In this document: positions 25,223-32,000 of the stretch, piece by piece | How the letters are laid out: each line of letters starts with the position of its first letter | Numbering within the stretch: position 1 is the stretch's first letter | Assembly: GCA_934162425.1 (NCBI GenBank) | Contig: CAKPIS010000002.1 | Location: forward strand, 62,336-94,335 | Direction of reading: 5' to 3' | Source of the DNA: an uncultured Bacilli bacterium | GTDB lineage: Bacteria; Bacillota_I; Bacilli_A; RF39; UBA660 | Length of the DNA: 32,000 nt | The notes under the pieces: model-generated | Told to the model about the DNA's origin: nothing | Seen by the model: the letters and a program-made list of their open reading frames with translations, nothing else | The model's database searches: none | Position numbers and translations under genes: made by a program

Positions 25223-25907
25223 AATTACTATAACTTCCCTTCTCATAATCTTTTATTATCTTTCCTTTATCAAGTAAGATAACTCTTTTCTTCATCTTAT
25301 CTACCATTTCTCTATCATGTGTTGCCATAACAATAGTAGTTCCCATATCATTAATCTTTTCTATTACCTTCATTATTTCTAAACTAGTATCTGGATCTAG
25401 ATTACCTGTTGGTTCATCACAAATTAACAATTTTGGTGAATTTACTATAGCCCTTGCTATTGCAACTCTTTGTTGCTCTCCACCAGACATTTGATCTGGA
25501 TAGCTCTTTGTTTTAGCTTTTAATCCAACTAAATCAAGTGCCTTTAATACTTTTCTTCTTATCTCATTATTAGGTAATCCATACATTTCAAGTGCAAACG
25601 CTACGTTTTCATACGCTGTTAATTTAGGTAATAATTTATAATCTTGGAAAACTATACCTATCTTTCTTCTTAATTTATATACTTTGTTATTTTTAATTTT
25701 AGCAACATTTATACCACCTACATATATTTCTCCATATGATGGTTTTTCTTGTCTATAAAGCATTTTAATAAGCGTTGATTTACCTGATGCTGTTGCACCT
25801 ATTACAAATACAAATTCACCTTTTTTAATATCTAAATCAATATTATATAAAGCATTAACTCCATTCTTATACGTTTTTTCTACATTTTTAAATTTAATAA
25901 ATTCCAT
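25209..25907 (-). CDS. ftsE: cell-division ABC transporter ATP-binding protein FtsE
   Basis: Walker A GATASGKST, signature MSGGEQQRVAIARA, Walker B LLICDEPTGNLD. Located immediately upstream of ftsX. Confidence 0.92.
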   Translation of the reverse strand: MEFIKFKNVEKTYKNGVNALYNIDLDIKKGEFVFVIGATASGKSTLIKMLYRQEKPSYGEIYVGGINVAKIKNNKVYKLRRKIGIVFQDYKLLPKLTAYENVAFALEMYGLPNNEIRRKVLKALDLVGLKAKTKSYPDQMSGGEQQRVAIARAIVNSPKLLICDEPTGNLDPDTSLEIMKVIEKINDMGTTIVMATHDREMVDKMKKRVILLDKGKIIKDYEKGSYSNYEGV

Positions 25908-26814
25908 CTGTTATCACTTCCCTTTTACTTCCATATATTCCATAAGATTGGTATGCATCTACTACTAAAATAACTGCTTTAGGATCAATTTCAGAAATAC
26001 CTTCACTAACCTTAAAATAATCACCAGTAGGCACAACACACATAATCATTTCTGTTTTTTTATAGGTATATCCTCCTCTTGTTTCTAAAAGAGTGATGCC
26101 TAAATTCAATTCATTTAAAAGATAATCACAAATTCTATCTTTTTCTGTAGTTGTTATATAAACAGCTTTATTGCTAGATATACCCAAAACTACTTTATCT
26201 ACCATTATATTAATTATGTATAATACAATTATAGCATATAAAACTCTTGTCCATCCAAGGAAAAAACCACCAATTAACACTATTATTCCATCTACTATTA
26301 ACATTGATGTACCTATTGACACTTTAAAATATTTAGATATCATTTGTTTTAAAATATCTGTTCCCCCTGTAGTAAATCCTGTTTTAAAAACAATACCTGA
26401 TGAAAAGCCAACCGCTGCTCCTCCTATTATTGATATTAAAAGTAGGTTATCATTTTGAAGAACGATATAATCCGATACGTTTTTAGTTAAATCAATAAAT
26501 AAAGGAAATAAAAGTGAACCAACAAGTGAATTTATAGTAGCCTTTTTTCCTAAAGTAAAATAACTTAATATAAGCAATAGTACGTTTGCAACTAATATAA
26601 ATATAGATGGGTTAAAATAATCTTTTAAAAGTATTGAAACACCACTTGTACCACCATATATAATGTTATTTTTATAAAAGAATAAGTTATATGCTACTGC
26701 ATATATAAAAATTGCAAATGCTAATAGAAAGTATCTTTTAATTAAATGTGAATTTTCTACTTTAGATAGTATGTTTTCACTTTTTCTAAATCTTAATCTT
26801 CTAAATAAACGCAT
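25894..26814 (-). CDS. YitT-family membrane protein (DUF2179 C-terminal domain)
   Basis: Five or six TM helices with GGTSGVSILL and TTGGTDIL motifs, and a C-terminal ...GITLLETRGGYTYKKTEMIMCVV.... ATG at 26814 lies 1 nt after the prfB TAA and is preceded by GGAAGTGA. The track start at 26823 is GTG. Confidence 0.75.
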   Translation of the reverse strand: MRLFRRLRFRKSENILSKVENSHLIKRYFLLAFAIFIYAVAYNLFFYKNNIIYGGTSGVSILLKDYFNPSIFILVANVLLLILSYFTLGKKATINSLVGSLLFPLFIDLTKNVSDYIVLQNDNLLLISIIGGAAVGFSSGIVFKTGFTTGGTDILKQMISKYFKVSIGTSMLIVDGIIVLIGGFFLGWTRVLYAIIVLYIINIMVDKVVLGISSNKAVYITTTEKDRICDYLLNELNLGITLLETRGGYTYKKTEMIMCVVPTGDYFKVSEGISEIDPKAVILVVDAYQSYGIYGSKREVITDGIY

Positions 26815-26815
26815 T

Positions 26816-27908
26816 TTAATCACTTCCTTTTAAATTACTTTCTATAAATTCATCTATTTGTCCATCTAATACTTTATTTACATTAGATGTTTCATAGTTT
26901 GTTCTATGATCTTTTACTAAACTATAAGGATGAAGCACATAACTTCTTATTTGTGAACCAAATTCTATTCCACTATGATCGCTTTTCATTGAATCTATCT
27001 TATCTTTTCTAGACTTTAACTCTAGTTGATATAATTTACTTTTTAATACCTTAATAGCTGTTTCTTTGTTTTTTATCTGGCTTCTTTCATTTTGACAAGT
27101 TACAACTATACCTGTTGGGATATGTGTTACTCTAACTGCTGAATCAGTTGTATTAACTCCTTGACCTCCAGCCCCACTACTTCTATATACATCAACTCTA
27201 ATATCGCTATCTTTAATATCTACTTTGACATTTTCATCAAATTCAGGTATTACATCAACTGCTGCAAAGGAAGTATGTCTTCTATTGTTTGAATCAAAAG
27301 GAGATAATCTAACTAATCTATGTACTCCCTTTTCATTTTTTAAATAGCCATAGGCAAAAGCTCCCTTTACTATGTATACAATACTTTTTATTCCAGTTTC
27401 TTCTCCAGCTTGTTCATCTATTACTTCGTACGTGTATTTTTTGTTATTAAAATACTTAGTGTACATTCTAGATAGCATTAAAGCCCAGTCACAGCTTTCA
27501 GTACCACCTGCCCCGGCGTGTATTTCAAAAATAGCTGCATTATTATCAAATTCTCCAGATAAATATGTTAAAATTTCTTCTTTTTCTAACATATCTTTTG
27601 TTTTATTATACATACCATTAAATTCATCTAATAAGCTATTATCAATATCTCTTTCATCAAATTCAAATGCTTGATTTAATGTTTCTATATTCTCTTTAAT
27701 TTTAAATATAGGATTTATAATTTCTTTTAGTGAACTAACCTCTTTGGTTAACTTTTCTGCCTCTTTTGGATCATTCCATATAGTAGAATCTAAAAGCTTT
27801 TCGTTACAAATATCTAACTTTTTAACTTTGTTATCTACATCAAAGTGACCTCCATAATTTATTAAATTTATCTTTTATAATTTCTATATCTTTACTTGTA
27901 AATTGCAT
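26816..27908 (-). CDS. prfB: peptide chain release factor 2, expressed via programmed +1 frameshift (frame 0: 27908..27843; frame +1: 27841..26816)
   Basis: Frame 0 gives MQFTSKDIEIIKDKFNKLWRSL then TGA. Shifting +1 at CTT-TGA gives ...LDVDNKVKKLDICNEKLLDSTIWNDPKEAEKL... and joins the track ORF, which carries SPF (RLSPFDS) and GGQ (SGAGGQGVN). Total length is about 363 aa. Extended -10 TGTGCTATAAT and an AGGTGA SD lie upstream. Confidence 0.93.
27840..27853 (-). other. RF2 autoregulatory recoding site: internal SD-like GGAGG, 3-nt spacer, CTT TGA
   Basis: Minus strand reads tGGAGG-tca-CTT-TGA-t. GGAGG is at 27853..27849, CTT at 27845..27843 and TGA at 27842..27840. I checked the frame arithmetic by hand, and both frames match. 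Confidence 0.9.
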
Positions 27909-27967
27909 ATAATCACCTATTATCAATTATAGCACATAAATCTAATTATTAAAATGGTAATCATCTA

Positions 27968-28732
27968 TTATGATTTTTTTACTGTAAATATATATACTGT
28001 ATTATTTAAAATAATCTTATTATTTGGATTTATAGTGTTGTAATTATAAAAATATTTGTTATTAATAGTAGTATCATCTATTACTTCATAAACATAAAAT
28101 CCTTCGTTCAATAAAAAATCATCTATTTTATCATTTAAATATGCTTCCTTATCATAATTAAATAGTACAGAGCTTCCGTCTTTTAATACATCAGATACAT
28201 TATTTAACATGGCTTTTAAGTTTTCTTTAGATAAGTTCAATAATGATACATGTGTTTTTTTATTCTTATCAAATCCATTTTTTATTAATGATTTATTTAA
28301 ATTATTATTTAATACTATTCTTTTTACTAGATAGTTATCTTTATCAAATTTTTTTATTCTAATTAATTTATCTTTTATATTTTGTTTTGTATCTATTTCA
28401 TAAACATTAATTGCATTTTTGTATTTATAGCCTAACATGTCATAGCCTGGATTAATATACATAAATTGTTTTGCACCTACTTTTATTTCCAGTGATAACT
28501 TCATTTCATTTATTATTTGAGATGCTAAAAGTTTTGGAGCTAAATAAGTATTTACAATATAATCCTTTGTAAAGGAACAAAAAGATATATTATTAAGTTT
28601 TTTTAGTATATTTTTATACTCTTTATCATTCAACATTTTAAGCGTATAGTTATCTTTATAAATTTTAATATTACTATTTTTCATATGATAATATTTAACA
28701 AATAAATTAATCAACGCTACATTTTCATTCAT
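27968..28732 (-). CDS. probable class I SAM-dependent methyltransferase, LCM/TcmP-like (254 aa)
   Basis: IYKDNYTLKML..., GAKQFMYINPGYDMLGY..., VYEIDTKQNIKDK... and ...DGSSVLFNY parallel the LCM-family blocks (DpyA, LGAGlDtR, vfEvD.p.vi..K, gS.l.fdy). The glycine loop is divergent. Monocistronic. Confidence 0.45.
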   Translation of the reverse strand: MNENVALINLFVKYYHMKNSNIKIYKDNYTLKMLNDKEYKNILKKLNNISFCSFTKDYIVNTYLAPKLLASQIINEMKLSLEIKVGAKQFMYINPGYDMLGYKYKNAINVYEIDTKQNIKDKLIRIKKFDKDNYLVKRIVLNNNLNKSLIKNGFDKNKKTHVSLLNLSKENLKAMLNNVSDVLKDGSSVLFNYDKEAYLNDKIDDFLLNEGFYVYEVIDDTTINNKYFYNYNTINPNNKIILNNTVYIFTVKKS

Positions 28733-28825
28733 TTCTTAATCACCTCTAGATACTTAATACACTAATACCAAAATAAATATAAGGCTTGAAAAAAATAGTA
28801 ATTTATGGTAATATAACGTTAGGTA

Positions 28826-28860
28826 AAAAGAAAAATGCGAACTAAAATTTTCGCATTTTT
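28826..28860 (-). terminator. rho-independent terminator of the GntR-ABC operon (structurally bidirectional)
   Basis: Minus strand reads AAAAATGCGAA-aattttag-TTCGCATTTTT followed by CTTTTT, immediately after the permease TAA (28863..28861). Confidence 0.75.
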
Positions 28861-29649
28861 TTATTCTACATTTACACCCTTTTTAAACACGTTAACGCAT
28901 AATATGTTAATTAAAAATACAATGAAAACATATATAAATATACAAATTATCATAAGGCTTTTAATAATACTTGTTTTAATTAATGTATCTGTAAATATAA
29001 GCATTATATCTTTATTAAAAATACCTATTATGTATAAAAATAACAATACTAAAACTTGACTTAAGAAGTAAATAACAAGACCATATATTACTGATAAAGC
29101 TGTTTTATTTGTGTTTTTTCTATGACCTAAGATAATTCCTAAAAAGCCTGATTGAAGACCAGATAAAATTTCTAAGAATAGTATTATTATGCAAAAGGTA
29201 ATAAATGTTTTACAAGACATTCCGTATAAACCTGCAAAAGAGTTTATCATATTATATAATAAATCAAATCTTTCTTTTGTATAATATGCTATTAAAATAG
29301 AAACTAAAATAACTATAAATGTAGTTAATAAATTTATAAGAGATAAAATAAATTTAGACTCGTATAAAACTGTTTTAGAAACAGGAAGAGTATGTGTTAA
29401 ATATGATTCATCTGTATATAAAGTTTGCTTAAATCTAATCCAATTTCTCATAAGTACGTTAATTAAGCTACTAGCTACCATAGAAAACATAGCACCTACA
29501 CTTATTTGGGATAAAATACTTATTATTACTGTTTGCTTCATACTAAATAAAACTCTTGTTAGTATAGCAAATACAATCATTAAAATGTAAAACACTGATA
29601 AAAATTTATACATATTTTTCATATCATATTTCAATAGTTTCTTTAGCAT
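28861..29649 (-). CDS. ABC-2-type membrane permease (6 TM), partner of the adjacent ATPase
   Basis: 262-aa polytopic protein. Its start overlaps the ATPase stop (ATGCTAA). The layout is that of a typical YtrA-type three-gene operon. Confidence 0.6.
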   Translation of the reverse strand: MLKKLLKYDMKNMYKFLSVFYILMIVFAILTRVLFSMKQTVIISILSQISVGAMFSMVASSLINVLMRNWIRFKQTLYTDESYLTHTLPVSKTVLYESKFILSLINLLTTFIVILVSILIAYYTKERFDLLYNMINSFAGLYGMSCKTFITFCIIILFLEILSGLQSGFLGIILGHRKNTNKTALSVIYGLVIYFLSQVLVLLFLYIIGIFNKDIMLIFTDTLIKTSIIKSLMIICIFIYVFIVFLINILCVNVFKKGVNVE

Positions 29650-30338
29650 TTGAACATCCTCCTAAATATCTCATCTATAGATGCATTTTCTTTTTCTCTT
29701 AATTTATCAGTATCTTCATGTAATATTATCATGCCATCATTTATAAAAACAACTTCATCTAATATTCTTTCTATATCAGCTATTAAATGAGTAGAAATTA
29801 TAATACTTGCATCATGATTAAAATTATTAAGTATAGTATCTAGTATGTAATCTCTTGTAGCAGGATCTACTCCTCCTAAAGGTTCGTCTAATATATACAA
29901 TAAAGCCTTTCTTGACATAACTAAAACTAACTGAACTTTTTCTTGCATTCCTTTACTCATTTTAGATAGTTTTTGATTTTCATCTAGCTTTAAGTCTTTT
30001 AATAACTTTCTTGCTTTTTTACTATCAAAATTATCATAAAAATCATTAAAATAATTAATAACTTCATTTACTGTCATATTTTTATTTAAATAAGTTCTTT
30101 CTGGTAAATAAGAAATAATTTTTTTAGTTTCTACGCCAATATCATTACCATTTACCTTAATATTTCCTTTAGTAGGTATTAGTAAGTCATTAATTAATTT
30201 TATTAAAGTTGACTTGCCTGCTCCATTTTGACCTAAAAGACCAATTATTTTTCCACCTTTTAATTTTAAATTAATGTCTTTTAAAACTTCTTTATCATCA
30301 TAATTTTTATATAAATGATTAATCTCTAATAGTTCCAT
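29643..30338 (-). CDS. ABC transporter ATP-binding protein
   Basis: Walker A GQNGAGKST, signature-like MSKGMQEKV, Walker B LLYILDEPLGGVD, H-loop STHL. Confidence 0.9.
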   Translation of the reverse strand: MELLEINHLYKNYDDKEVLKDINLKLKGGKIIGLLGQNGAGKSTLIKLINDLLIPTKGNIKVNGNDIGVETKKIISYLPERTYLNKNMTVNEVINYFNDFYDNFDSKKARKLLKDLKLDENQKLSKMSKGMQEKVQLVLVMSRKALLYILDEPLGGVDPATRDYILDTILNNFNHDASIIISTHLIADIERILDEVVFINDGMIILHEDTDKLREKENASIDEIFRRMFKC

Positions 30339-30699
30339 CTTCTATTTTCCTTTCATATAAATAATTTATAGCTCTTGCTTTATCTATTCCAATTTTATTC
30401 ATACTTTCAAAATATTTATTAGCTATTTCTTTAGCATATTCATTTTTAACTTTTTCTATTGTTTTTTTATTTTTCGTAACATATTTTCCGTTAGTTCTTT
30501 CTGTATATATTAGTTTTAAATCTTCTAACTCGGTTAATGCTTTTTGCATTGTATTAGGATTTACCTTAAACATATTTGCGAGATCTCTAACTGATGGAAG
30601 TTTACTTCCACACGAGAAAAAATCAGAAATAATATAAATTTTCATATAATCTAAAAGCTGAATATATATTGGTATATTATTATCAAAGTTAACATTCAT
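30319..30699 (-). CDS. GntR-family transcriptional repressor, YtrA/YhcF subfamily (short C-terminal domain)
   Basis: 126 aa. PIYIQLLDYMKIYIISDFFSCGSKLPSVRDLANMFKVNPNTMQKALTELEDLKLIYTERTNGKYV is a winged-helix GntR N-domain. The gene overlaps the ABC ATPase start by 20 nt. Confidence 0.85.
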   Translation of the reverse strand: MNVNFDNNIPIYIQLLDYMKIYIISDFFSCGSKLPSVRDLANMFKVNPNTMQKALTELEDLKLIYTERTNGKYVTKNKKTIEKVKNEYAKEIANKYFESMNKIGIDKARAINYLYERKIEDGTIRD

Positions 30700-30707
30700 A
30701 TTACCTC

Positions 30708-30733
30708 CACTGTATTATTTGATTAATACAGTG
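30708..30733 (-). promoter_or_regulatory. putative operator: perfect 10-bp inverted repeat CACTGTATTA-N6-TAATACAGTG
   Basis: Arms at 30708..30717 and 30724..30733, verified base by base. The repeat lies between the -10 box and the SD of the GntR gene and contains the GT...AC core typical of GntR operators. Confidence 0.6.
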
Positions 30734-30735
30734 AT

Positions 30736-30764
30736 ATTGTATTATATTTTTTTTAACTTGTCAA
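30736..30764 (-). promoter_or_regulatory. sigma-A type promoter of the GntR-ABC operon (TTGACA-17-TACAAT)
   Basis: On the minus strand the -35 TTGACA is at 30764..30759, followed by an exactly 17-nt spacer and the -10 TACAAT at 30741..30736. Confidence 0.6.
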
Positions 30765-30834
30765 TATGCTAGTACAAAATAACTACTCTTTATTAAGTTT
30801 ACATTGAAGTAATAGTTTATCTAGTAATCAAACG

Positions 30835-30915
30835 ATGGATTACGTTAAAGCCATTTATAAAAAATATGAAGATTATAAAGGAGTAACATTTAACGAAATA
30901 AAAGGCTATGTATAA
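30835..30915 (+). CDS. unannotated small ORF (26 aa), speculative
   Basis: ATG...TAA encoding MDYVKAIYKKYEDYKGVTFNEIKGYV. No convincing SD. The stop overlaps the next ATG as TAATG. Confidence 0.15.
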   Translation: MDYVKAIYKKYEDYKGVTFNEIKGYV

Positions 30916-31070
30916 TGGTATCTTATGTAAGATATGCTGTTACATTACTAGTTGGTGATAAAGTATATATAGTATTACATGTTTATTCTGAAGATTCAAA
31001 AAGTAAAAAAGATAATGTTAAAAAATATACGAAGCTAAAAAAAATAAAGAAATTTAAAAATAGTAATTAA
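30915..31070 (+). CDS. unannotated small ORF (51 aa), speculative
   Basis: MVSYVRYAVTLLVGDKVYIVLHVYSEDSKSKKDNVKKYTKLKKIKKFKNSN has a hydrophobic N-half and a Lys-rich tail. Only a weak SD is present. A terminator hairpin follows. Confidence 0.2.
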   Translation: MVSYVRYAVTLLVGDKVYIVLHVYSEDSKSKKDNVKKYTKLKKIKKFKNSN

Positions 31071-31080
31071 TCATTAACTT

Positions 31081-31113
31081 AAAAAGATAACGAGGTAAAA
31101 CGTTATCTTTTTT
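31081..31113. terminator. bidirectional rho-independent terminator
   Basis: AAAAAGATAACG-aggtaaaa-CGTTATCTTTTTT: a 9-12 bp perfect stem flanked by an A-run and a T-run. It serves the minus-strand gene ending at 31173 and any plus-strand transcript coming from 30780 onward. Confidence 0.7.
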
Positions 31114-31172
31114 AGTCTGAGTAAAATATTATTAAATTATATTTTTTTATTTAATCAAGCTCTTTTTCTTTT

Positions 31173-31898
31173 TTAGTTATAATTATAATTGAATTCATCT
31201 ATTTGAAGCAGTTTTTTAGAAGTATCATACATCATCGTATATATTTTATAATTACCAAAACTAGTAGGTAAAGTATTATATTCATTTAATGTTCTATTGT
31301 AGATAGAAAAATATATATTTTTTCCAGTTATATAATCTGACACCAAAAATCTAAGTTTTTCTTCAATTTTAGTACTTAATATCCAAGTATCATTTTTTTT
31401 AATATTATCTTCTAACTTTCTCGTATCTTCATTAAAATAATTAATATATATAGTTTTATAGTTGGTTTTGTTATGGTCTGAATTATAATCCCACTTAAAT
31501 AGTTCTAATCTCCCATTACTAGGTAATGGAGCATTAATTATTTTCTTGTATGAGTTTATTTTGCTATAATCTTTTGAGTCGCTAGAACTAATTAAGCAAA
31601 AGGATCCATACAATATGAGTAATATAGTAATAATATAACCTGCAACTATGTTTTTTGTACATTTAATTCCCAATTTTTTATATTTATATCCAAGTATAAT
31701 TGATAAAATTGGTATTGGCAAACATAACCAACAAACAAAAGTTGTAGAAGTAAAAAGGAAACCACCAACATTTTCTGGTCTTTCGTTTATTGTTCCCCAT
31801 AAAGCAAGAGAACCAAAAAAACTGAAGATTGTTAGAAAAAATAGAAAATACATGAAAATTTTTAGCGTTTTTTCTTTATTGTTTTTAGTATTTTTCAT
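31173..31898 (-). CDS. hypothetical membrane protein (3-4 N-terminal TM helices plus a soluble domain of about 130 aa)
   Basis: 241-aa intact ORF. Candidate promoter TTGACA-17-TACTAT at about 31958-31986. No motif recognised. Confidence 0.5.
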   Translation of the reverse strand: MKNTKNNKEKTLKIFMYFLFFLTIFSFFGSLALWGTINERPENVGGFLFTSTTFVCWLCLPIPILSIILGYKYKKLGIKCTKNIVAGYIITILLILYGSFCLISSSDSKDYSKINSYKKIINAPLPSNGRLELFKWDYNSDHNKTNYKTIYINYFNEDTRKLEDNIKKNDTWILSTKIEEKLRFLVSDYITGKNIYFSIYNRTLNEYNTLPTSFGNYKIYTMMYDTSKKLLQIDEFNYNYN

Positions 31899-32000
31899 TT
31901 TAATTTTTATCCTTTCAATAGTTTTAAAGCATATAATGTTATAATTATTACTATATTAATAGTATTATACTTAAATATTAATGTCAACTAAATTAAAGTT

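Noticed and set aside
26816-27908. The possibility that the organism uses the Mollicutes code (UGA = Trp), given its extreme AT-richness and compact gene order.
   Set aside because: All conserved genes are full length under the standard code. RF2 is encoded and its frameshift site depends on UGA acting as a stop. Peptidoglycan-related genes (M23, ftsEX) are also present.
1266-31944. All other plus-strand ORFs in the track: 1266-1487, 3414-3695, 3795-4160, 7832-8065, 13301-13618, 13743-14048, 16314-16520, 21096-21305, 24046-24417, 26171-26458, 27372-27674, 28835-29059 and 31648-31944.
   Set aside because: Each lies entirely antisense to a longer minus-strand gene with recognisable conserved motifs (ychF, LRR, abgT, trxB, lgt, uvrA, uvrB, M23/ftsX, yitT, prfB, permease). 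Their translations are low-complexity, and 28835-29059 starts inside a terminator hairpin. They are most likely spurious.
1-32000. A search for tRNA, rRNA, CRISPR arrays, IS elements, transposases, integrases, riboswitches and T-boxes.
   Set aside because: No direct-repeat and spacer arrays, no cloverleaf-like GC-rich segments and no transposase- or integrase-like ORFs were seen. Apart from 30700-31172, all intergenic gaps are about 145 nt or shorter and are filled by promoters and terminators. A covariance-model scan would be needed for certainty.

Overview
Very AT-rich (not computed) Bacillota-type chromosomal segment. All roughly 30 credible genes lie on the minus strand, and every plus-strand ORF in the supplied track is antisense to a longer, recognisable minus-strand gene. 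The standard genetic code applies: conserved genes are full length with UGA as stop, and RF2 is present with its classical UGA-dependent +1 frameshift. Read 5'->3' on the minus strand, the order is: orphan membrane protein; YtrA-type GntR repressor with ABC ATPase and ABC-2 permease; LCM/TcmP-like methyltransferase; prfB-yitT-ftsE-ftsX-M23 peptidase (tightly coupled); a two-gene uncharacterised cassette; uvrB; two DUF4190-like membrane proteins; uvrA; an ArpU-like regulator plus a small ORF (probable prophage remnant); yvlD-like, lgt and a trxB-like gene; whiA; parA-parB-mscS-DUF951-abgT (coupled); a 1342-aa LRR surface protein; a 307-aa acidic protein; ychF; a 115-aa orphan; rpsF and ssb (truncated at the window edge). 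The backbone therefore looks like two B. subtilis-like syntenic blocks (prfB...uvrBA...lgt...trxB/whiA and soj-spo0J...ychF-rpsF-ssb) fused together, with small accessory insertions. I found no tRNA, rRNA, CRISPR array, IS element or integrase. I cannot demonstrate a novel system from sequence alone. The best candidates for uncharacterised biology are: (i) the translationally coupled basic/acidic gene pair at 22168-23074, (ii) the giant LRR protein with its neighbours at 2379-7417, (iii) the ArpU-like islet at 15114-15696, and (iv) the DUF4190 pair that splits uvrB from uvrA. Product calls rest on my recognition of motifs in the translations, not on database searches.
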